From: Ostrea edulis
Taxonomy: Eukaryota
Assembly (NCBI RefSeq): GCF_947568905.1
Contig: NC_079173.1
Location: 29,202,001-29,266,000, forward strand
Length of the DNA: 64,000 bases
Direction of reading: 5' to 3'
The notes beneath the pieces were generated by a model. It was not told the DNA's origin, did no database searches, and saw only the letters and a program-made list of their open reading frames with translations. The translations under genes were made by a program, and so were the position numbers. Positions 39,701 through 54,700 of the stretch are shown here, in pieces (position 1 is the first letter of the stretch; each line of letters starts with the position of its first letter).

Positions 39701-42700
39701 CGGGCTCGCCAGTTACCGTTCCCAGGGTACCATTTAGAGGAGACGAACTAGGAGACTTATGTTCGTCAACAAAGACCTCTACCAGATCGGGTAATTCATC
39801 TGTACCTGCATCGTCCAACATGGGAACAGGACAGACTGAAAGAAGGAAAAACACAAATCTCTCAACAAGCATTCCTCTTCTACCTCTATTCCATTTCTTC
39901 ATTCCAAATTTCATCTTTGTAATCTTAGTCAGTTTCATACAATAATTGCTTTTATTGAGGTGTTCTGCGACACTCGTACAAATTTGAAACATCTTCAAAG
40001 ATGTCAGAATTTGAACACTTTTAAAAAAGCATTTAAAAACACATCTTTTAAGACTTGCATATCACTAGTATTATAGGTGGTTAAATCTTTATGGTTTCTT
40101 TACCATCATTTTAACATGACCTTTTCCAGTTTATAATTGTATATTCATTTCAACTATTGTATTTTATACCATTTGATTGTACGGCGTGGAACTTTTTTCA
40201 TGCATATCATGTGTTAGATTTTAGTAATTTTACTTCACATTATTCATGTTTTTCTAGCATTGTTTTGATATTATCTGTCCTAGTGCTATTATAATTTCCT
40301 TTCATTACGTTTATAACGTGCTGTATCATTGTTATTGTGTGCAGCGCTTTAGAGTGGTTATTTTTGGTGTTCCTTTACACATAAGCTTCTAAAGAGGAAA
40401 GTTGATAGTCTATTCTTGCCATACTTCGGGTTCTGTACTTCATATCAAAGGGAAATTCTTTTTATATAATGCGTTACAATCACCAGCGGTTTATGCAATA
40501 CAAATGCCAGAAGGTAGTATCCATGTCACATACCGTACGGGCTAGTCGGTGCAGATGGTGAGATTGTTGTTGAGTAGGGTGGACCTGGTGGTGTGGTAGT
40601 CGTTGGTGTGGACACAGTAGTTGGTGTACTAACAGCTTCTGAAAAACAAAAACATGCATCAAATGTCAAAGTATATCCTCCGGTTTTATTCATGTATGGT
40701 GTATGTCAACTCAAAAAGCAATTACCAAGACAATTAAAACACAAAAATGGACAGAGAGAAAAGAGACGGAAAGAGACAGACCGACGGACATATCAACAGA
40801 AAAGTCGAATATGAGGAAAATAGAGAAATAAAACAACGGGTATACCTTTTTCAATACATGCTTCGATTCCCAAGTTATTGACAGAAATGCTTTCTGTTTC
40901 CTCTGGTTCTGGTTTGAAGACAATCTCTAATTCTTTGCCTTCCAAGCCCGTGAAGTCTGTCTCAACAGTACTCTCCTCACTTGGATTGGTTACGATCTGC
41001 AAATGTCATACAAAATGCATACATAAAACGTCTCAAACATGAATGAAGATAATCATTTGCATTCAAAATCACTCGGAACTACATCGTACCTCTTCCTTTC
41101 TCAACTCAGTATCTTCTGGAGTGGTAACAATGAAGGTAACGGTTTGTGTATTTTTGGTGGTCACCGTGATCTTTCCTATGGGAGATTTATCATCCTTGTC
41201 TTTAAAGACAATCCTGATTTTCACCTCCTGGCCGGGCTCGCCAGTTACCGTTCCCAGGGTACCATTTAGAGGAGACGAAGTAGGAGACTTATGTTCGTCA
41301 ACAAAGACCTCTACCAGATCGGGTAATTCGTCTGTACCTGCATCGTCCAACATGGGAACAGGACAGACTGAAAGAAGGAAAAACTCAAATCTCTCAACAA
41401 GCATTCTTCTTCTACCTCTATTCCATTTCTTCATTCCAAATTTCATCTTTGTAATCTTAGTCAGTTTCATACAATAATTGCTTTTATTGAGGTGTTCTGC
41501 GACACTCGTACAAATTTGAAACATCTTCAAAGATGTCAGAATTTGAACACTTTTAAAAAAGCATTTAAAAACACATCTTTTAAGACTTGCATATCACTAG
41601 TATTATAGGTGGTTAAATCTTTATGGTTTCTTTACCACCATTTTAACATGACCTTTTCCAGTTTATAATTGTATATTCATTTCAACTATTGTATTTTATA
41701 CCATTTGATTGTGCGGCGTGGAACTTTTTTCATGCATATCATGTGTTAGATTTTAGTAATTTTACTTCACATTAATCATGTTTTTCTAGCATTGTTTTGA
41801 TATTATCTGTCTTAGTGCTATTATAATTTCCTTTCATTCCGTTTACAACATTCTGTATCATTTTTATTGTGTGCAGCGCTTTAGAGTGGTTATTTATAGT
41901 CATATAGGGCGCTATATAAATAAATATTAACATTACTATTATTAAAGAACAATATCGCGTAAAACGCAATTTTTGGTGTTCCTTTACACATAAGCTTCTA
42001 AGGAGGAAAGTTTATAGTCTATTCTTGCCATACTTCGGGTTCTGTACTTCATATCAAAGGCAAATTCTTTTTATATAATGCGTTACAATCACCAGCGGTT
42101 TATGCAATACAAATGCCAGAAGGTAGTATCCATGTCACATACCGTACGGGCTAGTCGGTGCAGATGGTGAGATTGTTGTTGAGTAGGGTGGACCTGGTGG
42201 TGTGGTAGTCGTTGGTGTGGACACAGTAGTTGGTGTACTAACAGCTTCTGAAAAACAAAAACATGCATCAAATGTCAAAGTATATCCTCCGGTTTTATTC
42301 ATTTATGGTGTATGTCAACTCAAAAAGCAATTACCAAGACAATTAAAACACTAAATGGACAGAGAGAAAAGAGACGGAAAGAGACAGACCGACGGACATA
42401 TCAACAGAAAAGCCGAATATGAGGAAAATAGAGAAATAAAACAGCGGGTATACCTTTTTCAATACATGCTTCGATTCCCAAGTTATTGACAGAAATGCTT
42501 TCTGTTTCCTCTGCTTGTGGTTTGAAGACAATCTCTAATTCTTTGCCTTCCAAGCCCGTGAAGTCTGTCTCAACAGTACTCTCCTCACTTGGATTGGTTA
42601 CGATCTGCAAATGTCATACAAAATGCATACATAAAACGTCTCAAACATGAATGAAGATAATCATTTGCATTCAAAATCACTCGGGAATACATCCTACCTC

Positions 42701-45700
42701 TTCCTTTCTCAACTCAGTATCTTCTGGAGTGGTAACAATGAAGGTAACGGTTTGTGTATTTTTGGTGGTCACCGTGATCTTTCCTATGGGAGATTTATCA
42801 TCCTTGTCTTTAAAGACAATCCTGATTTTCACCTCCCGGCCGGGCTCGCCAGTTACCGTTCCCAGGGTACCATTTAGAGGAGACGAACTAGGAGACTTAT
42901 GTTCGTCAACAAAGACCTCTACCAGATCGGGTAATTCATCTGTACCTGCATCGTCCAACATGGGAACAGGACAGACTGAAAGAAGGAAAAACACAAATCT
43001 CTCAACAAGCATTCCTCTTCTACCTCTATTCCATTTCTTCATTCCAAATTTCATCTTTGTAATCTTAGTCAGTTTCATACAATAATTGCTTTTATTGAGG
43101 TGTTCTGCGACACTCGTACAAATTTGAAACATCTTCAAAGATGTCAGAATTTGAACACTTTTAAAAAAGCATTTAAAAACACATCTTTTAAGACTTGCAT
43201 ATCACTAGTATTATAGGTGGTTAAATCTTTATGGTTTCTTTACCATCATTTTAACATGACCTTTTCCAGTTTATAATTGTATATTCATTTCAACTATTGT
43301 ATTTTATACCATTTGATTGTACGGCGTGGAACTTTTTTCATGCATATCATGTGTTAGATTTTAGTAATTTTACTTCACATTATTCATGTTTTTCTAGCAT
43401 TGTTTTGATATTATCTGTCCTAGTGCTATTATAATTTCCTTTCATTACGTTTATAACGTGCTGTATCATTGTTATTGTGTGCAGCGCTTTAGAGTGGTTA
43501 TTTTTGGTGTTCCTTTACACATAAGCTTCTAAAGAGGAAAGTTGATAGTCTATTCTTGCCATACTTCGGGTTCTGTACTTCATATCAAAGGGAAATTCTT
43601 TTTATATAATGCGTTACAATCACCAGCGGTTTATGCAATACAAATGCCAGAAGGTAGTATCCATGTCACATACCGTACGGGCTAGTCGGTGCAGATGGTG
43701 AGATTGTTGTTGAGTAGGGTGGACCTGGTGGTGTGGTAGTCGTTGGTGTGGACACAGTAGTTGGTGTACTAACAGCTTCTGAAAAACAAAAACATGCATC
43801 AAATGTCAAAGTATATCCTCCGGTTTTATTCATGTATGGTGTATGTCAACTCAAAAAGCAATTACCAAGACAATTAAAACACAAAAATGGACAGAGAGAA
43901 AAGAGACGGAAAGAGACAGACCGACGGACATATCAACAGAAAAGTCGAATATGAGGAAAATAGAGAAATAAAACAACGGGTATACCTTTTTCAATACATG
44001 CTTCGATTCCCAAGTTATTGACAGAAATGCTTTCTGTTTCCTCTGGTTCTGGTTTGAAGACAATCTCTAATTCTTTGCCTTCCAAGCCCGTGAAGTCTGT
44101 CTCAACAGTACTCTCCTCACTTGGATTGGTTACGATCTGCAAATGTCATACAAAATGCATACATAAAACGTCTCAAACATGAATGAAGATAATCATTTGC
44201 ATTCAAAATCACTCGGAACTACATCGTACCTCTTCCTTTCTCAACTCAGTATCTTCTGGAGTGGTAACAATGAAGGTAACGGTTTGTGTATTTTTGGTGG
44301 TCACCGTGATCTTTCCTATGGGAGATTTATCATCCTTGTCTTTAAAGACAATCCTGATTTTCACCTCCTGGCCGGGCTCGCCAGTTACCGTTCCCAGGGT
44401 ACCATTTAGAGGAGACGAAGTAGGAGACTTATGTTCGTCAACAAAGACCTCTACCAGATCGGGTAATTCGTCTGTACCAGCATCGTCCAACATGGGAACA
44501 GGACAGACTGAAAGAAGGAAAAACACAAATCTCTCAACAAGCATTCCTCTTCTACCTCTATTCCATTTCTTCATTCCAAATTTGATCTTTGTAATCTTAG
44601 TCAGTTTCATACAATAATTGCTTTTATTGAGGTGTTCTGCGACACTCGTACAAATTTGAAACATCTTCAAAGATGTCAGAATTTGAACACTTTTAAAAAA
44701 GCATTTAAAAACACATCTTTTAAGACTTGCATATCACTAGTATTATAGGTGGTTAAATCTTTATGGTTTCTTTACCATCATTTTAACATGACCTTTTCCA
44801 GTTTATAATTGTATATTCATTTCAACTATTGTATTTTATACCATTTGATTGTACGGCGTGGAACTTTTTTCATGCATATCATGTGTTAGATTTTAGTAAT
44901 TTTACTTCACATTAATCATGTTTTTCTAGCATTATTTTGATATTATCTGTCTTAGTGCTATTATAATTTCCTTTCATTCCGTTTACAACATTCTGTATCA
45001 TTTTTATTGTGTGCAGCGCTTTAGAGTGGTTATTTATAGTCATATAGGGCGCTATATAAATAAATATTAACATTACTATTATTAAAGAACAATATCGCGT
45101 AAAACGCAATTTTTGGTGTTCCTTTACACATAAGCTTCTAAGGAGGAAAGTTTATAGTCTATTCTTGCCATACTTCGGGTTCTGTACTTCATATCAAAGG
45201 CAAATTCTTTTTATATAATGCGTTACAATCACCAGCGGTTTATGCAATACAAATGCCAGAAGGTAGTATCCATGTCACATACCGTACGGGCTAGTCGGTG
45301 CAGATGGTGAGATTGTTGTTGAGTAGGGTGGACCTGGTGGTGTGGTAGTCGTTGGTGTGGACACAGTAGTTGGTGTACTAACAGCTTCTGAAAAACAAAA
45401 ACATGCATCAAATGTCAAAGTATATCCTCCGGTTTTATTCATTTATGGTGTATGTCAACTCAAAAAGCAATTACCAAGACAATTAAAACACTAAATGGAC
45501 AGAGAGAAAAGAGACGGAAAGAGACAGACCGACGGACATATCAACAGAAAAGCCGAATATGAGGAAAATAGAGAAATAAAACAGCGGGTATACCTTTTTC
45601 AATACATGCTTCGATTCCCAAGTTATTGACAGAAATGCTTTCTGTTTCCTCTGCTTGTGGTTTGAAGACAATCTCTAATTCTTTGCCTTCCAAGCCCGTG

Positions 45701-48700
45701 AAGTCTGTCTCAACAGTACTCTCCTCACTTGGATTGGTTACGATCTGCAAATGTCATACAAAATGCATACATAAAACGTCTCAAACATGAATGAAGATAA
45801 TCATTTGCATTCAAAATCACTCGGAACTACATCGTACCTCTTCCTTTCTCAACTCAGTATCCTCTGGAGTTGTAACAATGAAGGTAACGGTTTGTGTATT
45901 TTTGGTGGTCACCGTGATCTTTCCTATGGGAGATTTATCATCCTTGTCTTTAAAGACAATCCTGATTTTCACCTCCTGGCCGGGCTCGCCAGTTACCGTT
46001 CCCAGGGTACCATTTAGAGGAGACGAACTAGGAGACTTATGTTCGTCAACAAACACCTCTACCAGATCGGGTAATTCGTCTGTACCTGCATCGTCCAACA
46101 TGGGAACAGGACAGACTGAAAGAAGGAAAAACTCAAATCTCTCAACAAGCATTCTTCTTCTACCTCTACTCCATGTCTTCATTCCAAATTTCATCTTTGT
46201 AATCTTAGTCAGTTTCATACAACAATTGCTTTTATTTAGGTGTTCTGCGACAATCATACAAATTTGAAACATCTTCAAAGATGTCAGAATTTGAACACTT
46301 TTAAAAAAGCATTTAAAAACACATCTTTTAAGACTTGCATATCACTAGTATTATAGGTGGTTAAATCTTTATGGTTTCTTTACCATCATTTTAACATGAC
46401 CTTTTCCAGTTTATAATTGTATATTCATTTCAACTATTGTATTTTATACCATTTGATTGTACGGCGTGGAACTTTTTTCATGCATATCATGTGTTAGATT
46501 TTAGTAATTTTACTTCACATTATTCATGTTTTTCTAGCATTGTTTTGATATTATCTGTCCTAGTGCTATTATAATTTCCTTTCATTACGTTTATAACATT
46601 CTGTATCATTGTTATTGTGTGCAGCGCTTTAGAGTGGTTATTTTTGGTGTTCCTTTACACATAAGCTTCTAAAGAGGAAAGTTGATAATCTATTCTTGCC
46701 ATATTTCGGGTTCTGTACTTCATATCAAAGGGAAATTCTTTTTATATAATGCGTTACAATCACCAGCGGTTTATGCAATACAAATGCCAGAAGGTAGTAT
46801 CCATGTCACATACCGTACGGGCTAGTCGGTGCAGATGGTGAGATTGTTGTTGAGTAGGGTGGACCTGGTGGTGTGGTAGTCGTTGGTGTGGACACAGTAG
46901 TTGGTGTACTAACAGCTTCTGAAAAACAAAAACATGCATCAAATGTCAAAGTATATCCTCCGGTTTTATTCATTTATGGTGTATGTCAACTCAAAAAGCA
47001 ATTACCAAGACAATTAAAACACTAAATGGACAGAGAGAAAAGAGACGGAAAGAGACAGACCGACGGACATATCAACAGAAAAGCCGAATATGAGGAAAAT
47101 AGAGAAATAAAACAGCGGGTATACCTTTTTCAATACATGCTTCGATTCCCAAGTTATTGACAGAAATGCTTTCTGTTTCCTCTGGTTCTGGTTTGAAGAC
47201 AATCTCTAATTCTTTGCCTTCCAAGCCCGTGAAGTCTGTCTCAACAGTACTCTCCTCACTTGGATTGGTTACGATCTGCAAATGTCATACAAAATGCATA
47301 CATAAAACGTCTCAAACATGAATGAAGATAATCATTTGCATTCAAAATCACTCGGGACTACATCCTACCTCTTCCTTTCTCAACTCAGTATCCTCTGGAG
47401 TGGTAACAATGAAGGTAACGGTTTGTGTATTTTTGGTGGTCACCGTGATCTTTCCTATGGGAGATTTATCATCCTTGTCTTTAAAGACAATCCTGATTTT
47501 CACCTCCTGGCCGGGCTCGCCAGTTACCGTTCCCAGGGTACCATTTAGAGGAGACGAAGTAGGAGACTTATGTTCGTCAACAAAGACCTCTACCAGATCG
47601 GGTAATTCGTCTGTACCAGCATCGTCCAACATGGGAACAGGACAGACTGAAAGAAGGAAAAACACAAATCTCTCAACAAGCATTCCTCTTCTACCTCTAT
47701 TCCATTTCTTCATTCCAAATTTCATCTTTGTAATCTTAGTCAGTTTCATACAATAATTGCTTTTATTTAGGTGTTCTGCGACACTCGTACAAATTTGAAA
47801 CATCTTCAAAGATGTCAGAATTTGAACACTTTTAAAAATGCATTTAAAAACACATCTTTTAAGACTTGCATATCACTAGTATTATAGGTGGTTAAATCTT
47901 TATGGTTTCTTTACCATCATTTTAACATGACCTTTTCCAGTTTATAATTGTATATTCATTTCAACTATTGTATTTTATACCATTTGATTGTACGGCGTGG
48001 AACTTTTTTCATGCATATCATGTGTTAGATTTTAGTAATTTTACTTCACATTAATCATGTTTTTCTAGCATTGTTTTGATATTATCTGTCTTAGTGCTAT
48101 TATAATTTCCTTTCATTCCGTTTACAACATTCTGTATCATTTTTATTGTGTGCAGCGCTTTAGAGTGGTTATTTATAGTCATATAGGGCGCTATATAAAT
48201 AAATATTAACATTACTATTATTAAAGAACAATATCGCGTAAAACGCAATTTTTGGTGTTCCTTTACACATAAGCTTCTAAGGAGGAAAGTTTATAGTCTA
48301 TTCTTGCCATACTTCGGGTTCTGTACTTCATATCAAAGGGAAATTCTTTTTATATAATGCGTTACAATCACCAGCGGTTTATGCAATACAAATGCCAGAA
48401 GGTAGTATTCATGTCACATACCGTACGGGCTAGTCGGTGCAGATGGTGAGATTGTTGTTGAGTAGGGTGGACCTGGTGGTGTGGTAGTCGTTGGTGTGGA
48501 CACAGTAGTTGGTGTACTAACAGCTTCTGAAAAACAAAAACATGCATCAAATGTCAAAGTATATCCTCCGGTTTTATTCATTTATGGTGTATGTCAACTC
48601 AAAAAGCAATTACCAAGACAATTAAAACACTACATGGACAGAGAGAAAAGAGACGGAAAGAGACAGACCGACGGACATATCAACAGAAAAGCCGAATATG

Positions 48701-51700
48701 AGGAAAATAGAGAAATAAAACAGCGGGTATACCTTTTTCAATACATGCTTCGATTCCCAAGTTATTGACAGAAATGCTTTCTGTTTCCTCTGCTTGTGGT
48801 TTGAAGACAATCTCTAATTCTTTGCCTTCCCAGCCCGTGAAGTCTGTCTCAACAGTACTCTCCTCACTTGGATTGGTTACGATCTGCAAATGTCATACAA
48901 AATGCATACATAAAACGTCTCAAACATGAATGAAGATAATCATTTGCATTCAAAATTACTCGGAACTACATCGTACCTCTTCCTTTCTCAACTCAGTATC
49001 CTCTGGAGTTGTAACAATGAAGGTAACGGTTTGTGTATTTTTGGTGGTCACCGTGATCTTTCCTATGGGAGATTTATCATCCTTGTCTTTAAAGACAATC
49101 CTGATTTTCACCTCCTGGCCGGGCTCGCCAGTTACCGTTCCCAGGGTACCATTTAGAGGAGACGAAGTAGGAGACTTATGTTCGTCAACAAAGACCTCTA
49201 CCAGATCGGGTAATTCGTCTGTACCAGCATCGTCCAACATGGGAACAGGACAGACTGAAAGAAGGAAAAACTCAAATCTCTCAACAAGCATTCTTCTTCT
49301 ACCTCTACTCCATGTCTTCATTCCAAATTTCATCTTTGTAATCTTAGTCAGTTTCATACAACAATTGCTTTTATTTAGGTGTTCTTCGACACTCGTACAA
49401 ATTTGAAACATCTTCAAAGATGTCAGAATTTGAAAAGTTTTAAAAAACATTTAAAAACACATCTTTTAAGACTTGCATATCATTAGTATTATAGGTGGTT
49501 AATCTTTATGGTTTCTTTACCATCATTTTAACATGACCTTTTCCAGTGTATAATTGTATATTTATTTCAACTATTGTATTTTATACCATTTGATTGTACG
49601 GCGTGGAACTTTTTTCATGCATATCATGTGTTAGATTTTAGTAATTTTACTTCACATTATTCATGTTTTTCTAGCATTGTTCTGACATTATCTGTCCTAG
49701 TGCTATTATAATTTCCTTTCATTACGTTTATAACATGCTGTATCATTGTTATTGTCTGCAGCGCTTTAGAGTGGTTATTTTTGGTGTTCCTTTACACATA
49801 AGCTTCTAAAGAGGAAAGTTGATAATCTATTCTTGCCATATTTCGGGTTCTGTACTTCATATCAAAGGGAAATTCTTTTTATATAATGCGTTACAATCAC
49901 CAGCGGTTGATGCAATACAAATGCCAGAAGGTAGTATCCATGTCACATACCGTACGGGCTAGTCGGTGCAGATGGTGAGATTGTTGTTGAGTAGGGTGGA
50001 CCTGGTGGTGTGGTAGTCGTTGGTGTGGACACAGTAGTTGGTGTACTAACAGCTTCTGAAAAACAAAAACATGCATCAAATGTCAAAGTATATCCGTTTT
50101 TATTCATTTATGGTGTATGTCAACTCAAAAAGCAATTACCAAGACAATTAAAACACAAAAATGGACAGAGAGAAAAGAGACGGAAAGAGACAGACCGACG
50201 GACATATCAACAGAAAAGTCGAATATGAGGAAAATAGAGAAATAAAACAGCGGGTATACCTTTTTCAATACATGCTTCGATTCCCAAGTTATTGACAGAA
50301 ATGCTTTCTGTTTCCTCTGCTTCTGGTTTGAAGACAATCTCTAATTCTTTGCCTTCCAAGCCCGTGAAGTCTGTCTCAACAGTACTCTCCTCACTTGGAT
50401 TGGTTACGATCTGCAAATGTCATACAAAATGCATACATAAAACGTCTCAAACATGAATGAAGATAATCATTTGCATTCAAAATCACTCGGGACTACATCC
50501 TACCTCTTCCTTTCTCAACTCAGTATCCTCTGGAGTGGTAACAATGAAGGTAACGGTTTGTGTATTTTTGGTGGTCACCGTGATCTTTCCTATGGGAGAT
50601 TTATCATCCTTGTCTTTAAAGACAATCCTGATTTTCACCTCCTGGCCGGGCTCGCCAGTTACCGTTCCCAGGGTACCATTTAGAGGAGACGAAGTAGGAG
50701 ACTTATGTTCGTCAACAAAGACCTCTACCAGATCGGGTAATTCGTCTGTACCTGCATCGTCCAACATGGGAACAGGACAGACTGAAAGAAGGAAAAACTC
50801 AAATCTCTCAACAAGCATTCTTCTTCTACCTCTACTCCATGTCTTCATTCCAAATTTCATCTTTGTAATCTTAGTCAGTTTCATACAACAATTGCTTTTA
50901 TTTAGGTGTTCTTCGACACTCGTACAAATTTGAAACATTTTCAAAGATGTCAGAATTTGAAAAGTTTTAAAAAACATTTAAAAACACATCTTTTAAGACT
51001 TGCATATCATTAGTATTATAGGTGGTTAATCTTCATGGTTTCTTTACAATCATTTTAACATGACCTTTTCAAGTGTATAATTGTATATTCATTTCAACTA
51101 TTGTATTTTATACCATTTGATTGTACGGCGTGGAACTTTTTTCATGCATATCATGTGTTAGATTTTAGTAATTTTACTTCACATCATTCATGTTTTTCTA
51201 GCATTGTTCTGACATTATCTGTCTTAGTGCTATTATAATTTCCTTTCATTACGTTTATAACATTCTGTATCATTGTTATTGTCTGCAGCGCTTTAGAGTG
51301 GCTATTTTTGGTGTTCCTTTACACATAAGCTTCTAAGGAGGAAAGTTTATAGTCTATTCTTGCCATATTTCGGGTTCTGTACTTCATATCAAAGGGAAAT
51401 TCTGCTTATATAATGCGTTACAATCACCAGCGTTTTATGCAATACAAATGCCAGAAGGTAGTATCCATGTCACATACCGTACGGGCTAGTCGGTGCAGAT
51501 GGTGAGATTGTTGTTGAGTAGGGTGGACCTGGTGGTGTGGTAGTCGTTGGTGTGGACACAGTAGTTGGTGTACTAACAGCTTCTGAAAAACAAAAACATG
51601 CATCAAATGTCAAAGTATATCCTCCGGTTTTATTCATTTATGGTGTATGTCAACTCAAAAAGCAATTACCAAGACAATTAAAACACAAAAATGGACAGAG

Positions 51701-54700
51701 AGAAAAGAGACGGAAAGAGACAGACCGACGGACATATCAACAGAAAAGTCGAATATGAGGAAAATAGAGAAATAAAACAGCGGGTATACCTTTTTCAATA
51801 CATGCTTCGATTCCCAAGTTATTGACAGAAATGCTTTCTGTTTCCTCTGCTTGTGGTTTGAAGACAATCTCTAATGCTTTGCCTTCCAAGCCTGTGAAGT
51901 CTGTCTCAACAGTACTCTCCTCACTTGGATTGGTTACGATCTGCAAATGTCATACAAAATGCATACATAAAACGTCTCAAACATGAATGAAGATAATCAT
52001 TTGCATTCAAAATCACTCGGAACTACATCGTACCTCTTCCTTTCTCAACTCAGTATCCTCTGGAGTTGTAACAATGAAGGTAACGGTTTGTGTATTTTTG
52101 GTGGTCACCGTGATCTTTCCTATGGGAGATTTATCATCCTTGTCTTTAAAGACAATCCTGATTTTCACCTCCTGGCCGGGCTCGCCAGTTACCGTTCCCA
52201 GGGTACCATTTAGAGGAGACGAAGTAGGAGACTTATGTTCGTCAACAAAGACCTCTACCAGATCGGGTAATTCGTCTGTACCAGCATCGTCCAACATGGG
52301 AACAGGACAGACTGAAAGAAGGAAAAACTCAAATCTCTCAACAAGCATTCTTCTTCTACCTCTACTCCATGTCTTCATTCCAAATTTCATCTTTGTAATC
52401 TTAGTCAGTTTCATACAACAATTGCTTTTATTTAGGTGTTCTTCGACACTCGTACAAATTTGAAACATTTTCAAAGATGTCAGAATTTGAAAAGTTTTAA
52501 AAAACATTTAAAAACACATCTTTTAAGACTTGCATATCATTAGTATTATAGGTGGTTAATCTTCATGGTTTCTTTACAATCATTTTAACATGACCTTTTC
52601 AAGTGTATAATTGTATATTCATTTCAACTATTGTATTTTATACCATTTGATTGTACGGCGTGGAACTTTTTTCATGCATATCATGTGTTAGATTTTAGTA
52701 ATTTTACTTCACATCATTCATGTTTTTCTAGCATTGTTCTGACATTATCTGTCTTAGTGCTATTATAATTTCCTTTCATTACGTTTATAACATTCTGTAT
52801 CATTGTTATTGTCTGCAGCGCTTTAGAGTGGCTATTTTTGGTGTTCCTTTACACATAAGCTTCTAAGGAGGAAAGTTTATAGTCTATTCTTGCCATATTT
52901 CGGGTTCTGTACTTCATATCAAAGGGAAATTCTGCTTATATAATGCGTTACAATCACCAGCGTTTTATGCAATACAAATGCCAGAAGGTAGTATCCATGT
53001 CACATACCGTACGGGCTAGTCGGTGCAGATGGTGAGATTGTTGTTGAGTAGGGTGGACCTGGTGGTGTGGTAGTCGTTGGTGTGGACACAGTAGTTGGTG
53101 TACTAACAGCTTCTGAAAAACAAAAACATGCATCAAATGTCAAAGTATATCCTCCGGTTTTATTCATTTATGGTGTATGTCAACTCAAAAAGCAATTACC
53201 AAGACAATTAAAACACAAAAATGGACAGAGAGAAAAGAGACGGAAAGAGACAGACCGACGGACATATCAACAGAAAAGTCGAATATGAGGAAAATAGAGA
53301 AATAAAACAGCGGGTATACCTTTTTCAATACATGCTTCGATTCCCAAGTTATTGACAGAAATGCTTTCTGTTTCCTCTGCTTGTGGTTTGAAGACAATCT
53401 CTAATGCTTTGCCTTCCAAGCCTGTGAAGTCTGTCTCAACAGTACTCTCCTCACTTGGATTGGTTACGATCTGCAAATGTCATACAAAATGCATACATAA
53501 AACGTCTCAAACATGAATGAAGATAATCATTTGCATTCAAAATCACTCGGAACTACATCGTACCTCTTCCTTTCTCAACTCAGTATCCTCTGGAGTTGTA
53601 ACAATGAAGGTAACGGTTTGTGTATTTTTGGTGGTCACCGTGATCTTTCCTATGGGAGATTTATCATCCTTGTCTTTAAAGACAATCCTGATTTTCACCT
53701 CCTGGCCGGGCTCGCCAGTTACCGTTCCCAGGGTACCATTTAGAGGAGACGAAGTAGGAGACTTATGTTCGTCAACAAAGACCTCTACCAGATCGGGTAA
53801 TTCGTCTGTACCTGCATCGTCCAACATGGGAACAGGACAGACTGAAAGAAGGAAAAACTCAAATCTCTCAACAAGCATTCTTCTTCTACCTCTACTCCAT
53901 GTCTTCATTCCAAATTTCATCTTTGTAATCTTAGTCAGTTTCATACAACAATTGCTTTTATTTAGGTGTTCTTCGACACTCGTACAAATTTGAAACATTT
54001 TCAAAGATGTCAGAATTTGAAAAGTTTTAAAAAACATTTAAAAACACATCTTTTAAGACTTGCATATCATTAGTATTATAGGTGGTTAATCTTCATGGTT
54101 TCTTTACAATCATTTTAACATGACCTTTTCAAGTGTATAATTGTATATTCATTTCAACTATTGTATTTTATACCATTTGATTGTACGGCGTGGAACTTTT
54201 TTCATGCATATCATGTGTTAGATTTTAGTAATTTTACTTCACATCATTCATGTTTTTCTAGCATTGTTCTGACATTATCTGTCTTAGTGCTATTATAATT
54301 TCCTTTCATTACGTTTATAACATTCTGTATCATTGTTATTGTCTGCAGCGCTTTAGAGTGGCTATTTTTGGTGTTCCTTTACACATAAGCTTCTAAGGAG
54401 GAAAGTTTATAGTCTATTCTTGCCATATTTCGGGTTCTGTACTTCATATCAAAGGGAAATTCTGCTTATATAATGCGTTACAATCACCAGCGTTTTATGC
54501 AATACAAATGCCAGAAGGTAGTATCCATGTCACATACCGTACGGGCTAGTCGGTGCAGATGGTGAGATTGTTGTTGAGTAGGGTGGACCTGGTGGTGTGG
54601 TAGTCGTTGGTGTGGACACAGTAGTTGGTGTACTAACAGCTTCTGAAAAACAAAAACATGCATCAAATGTCAAAGTATATCCTCCGGTTTTATTCATTTA

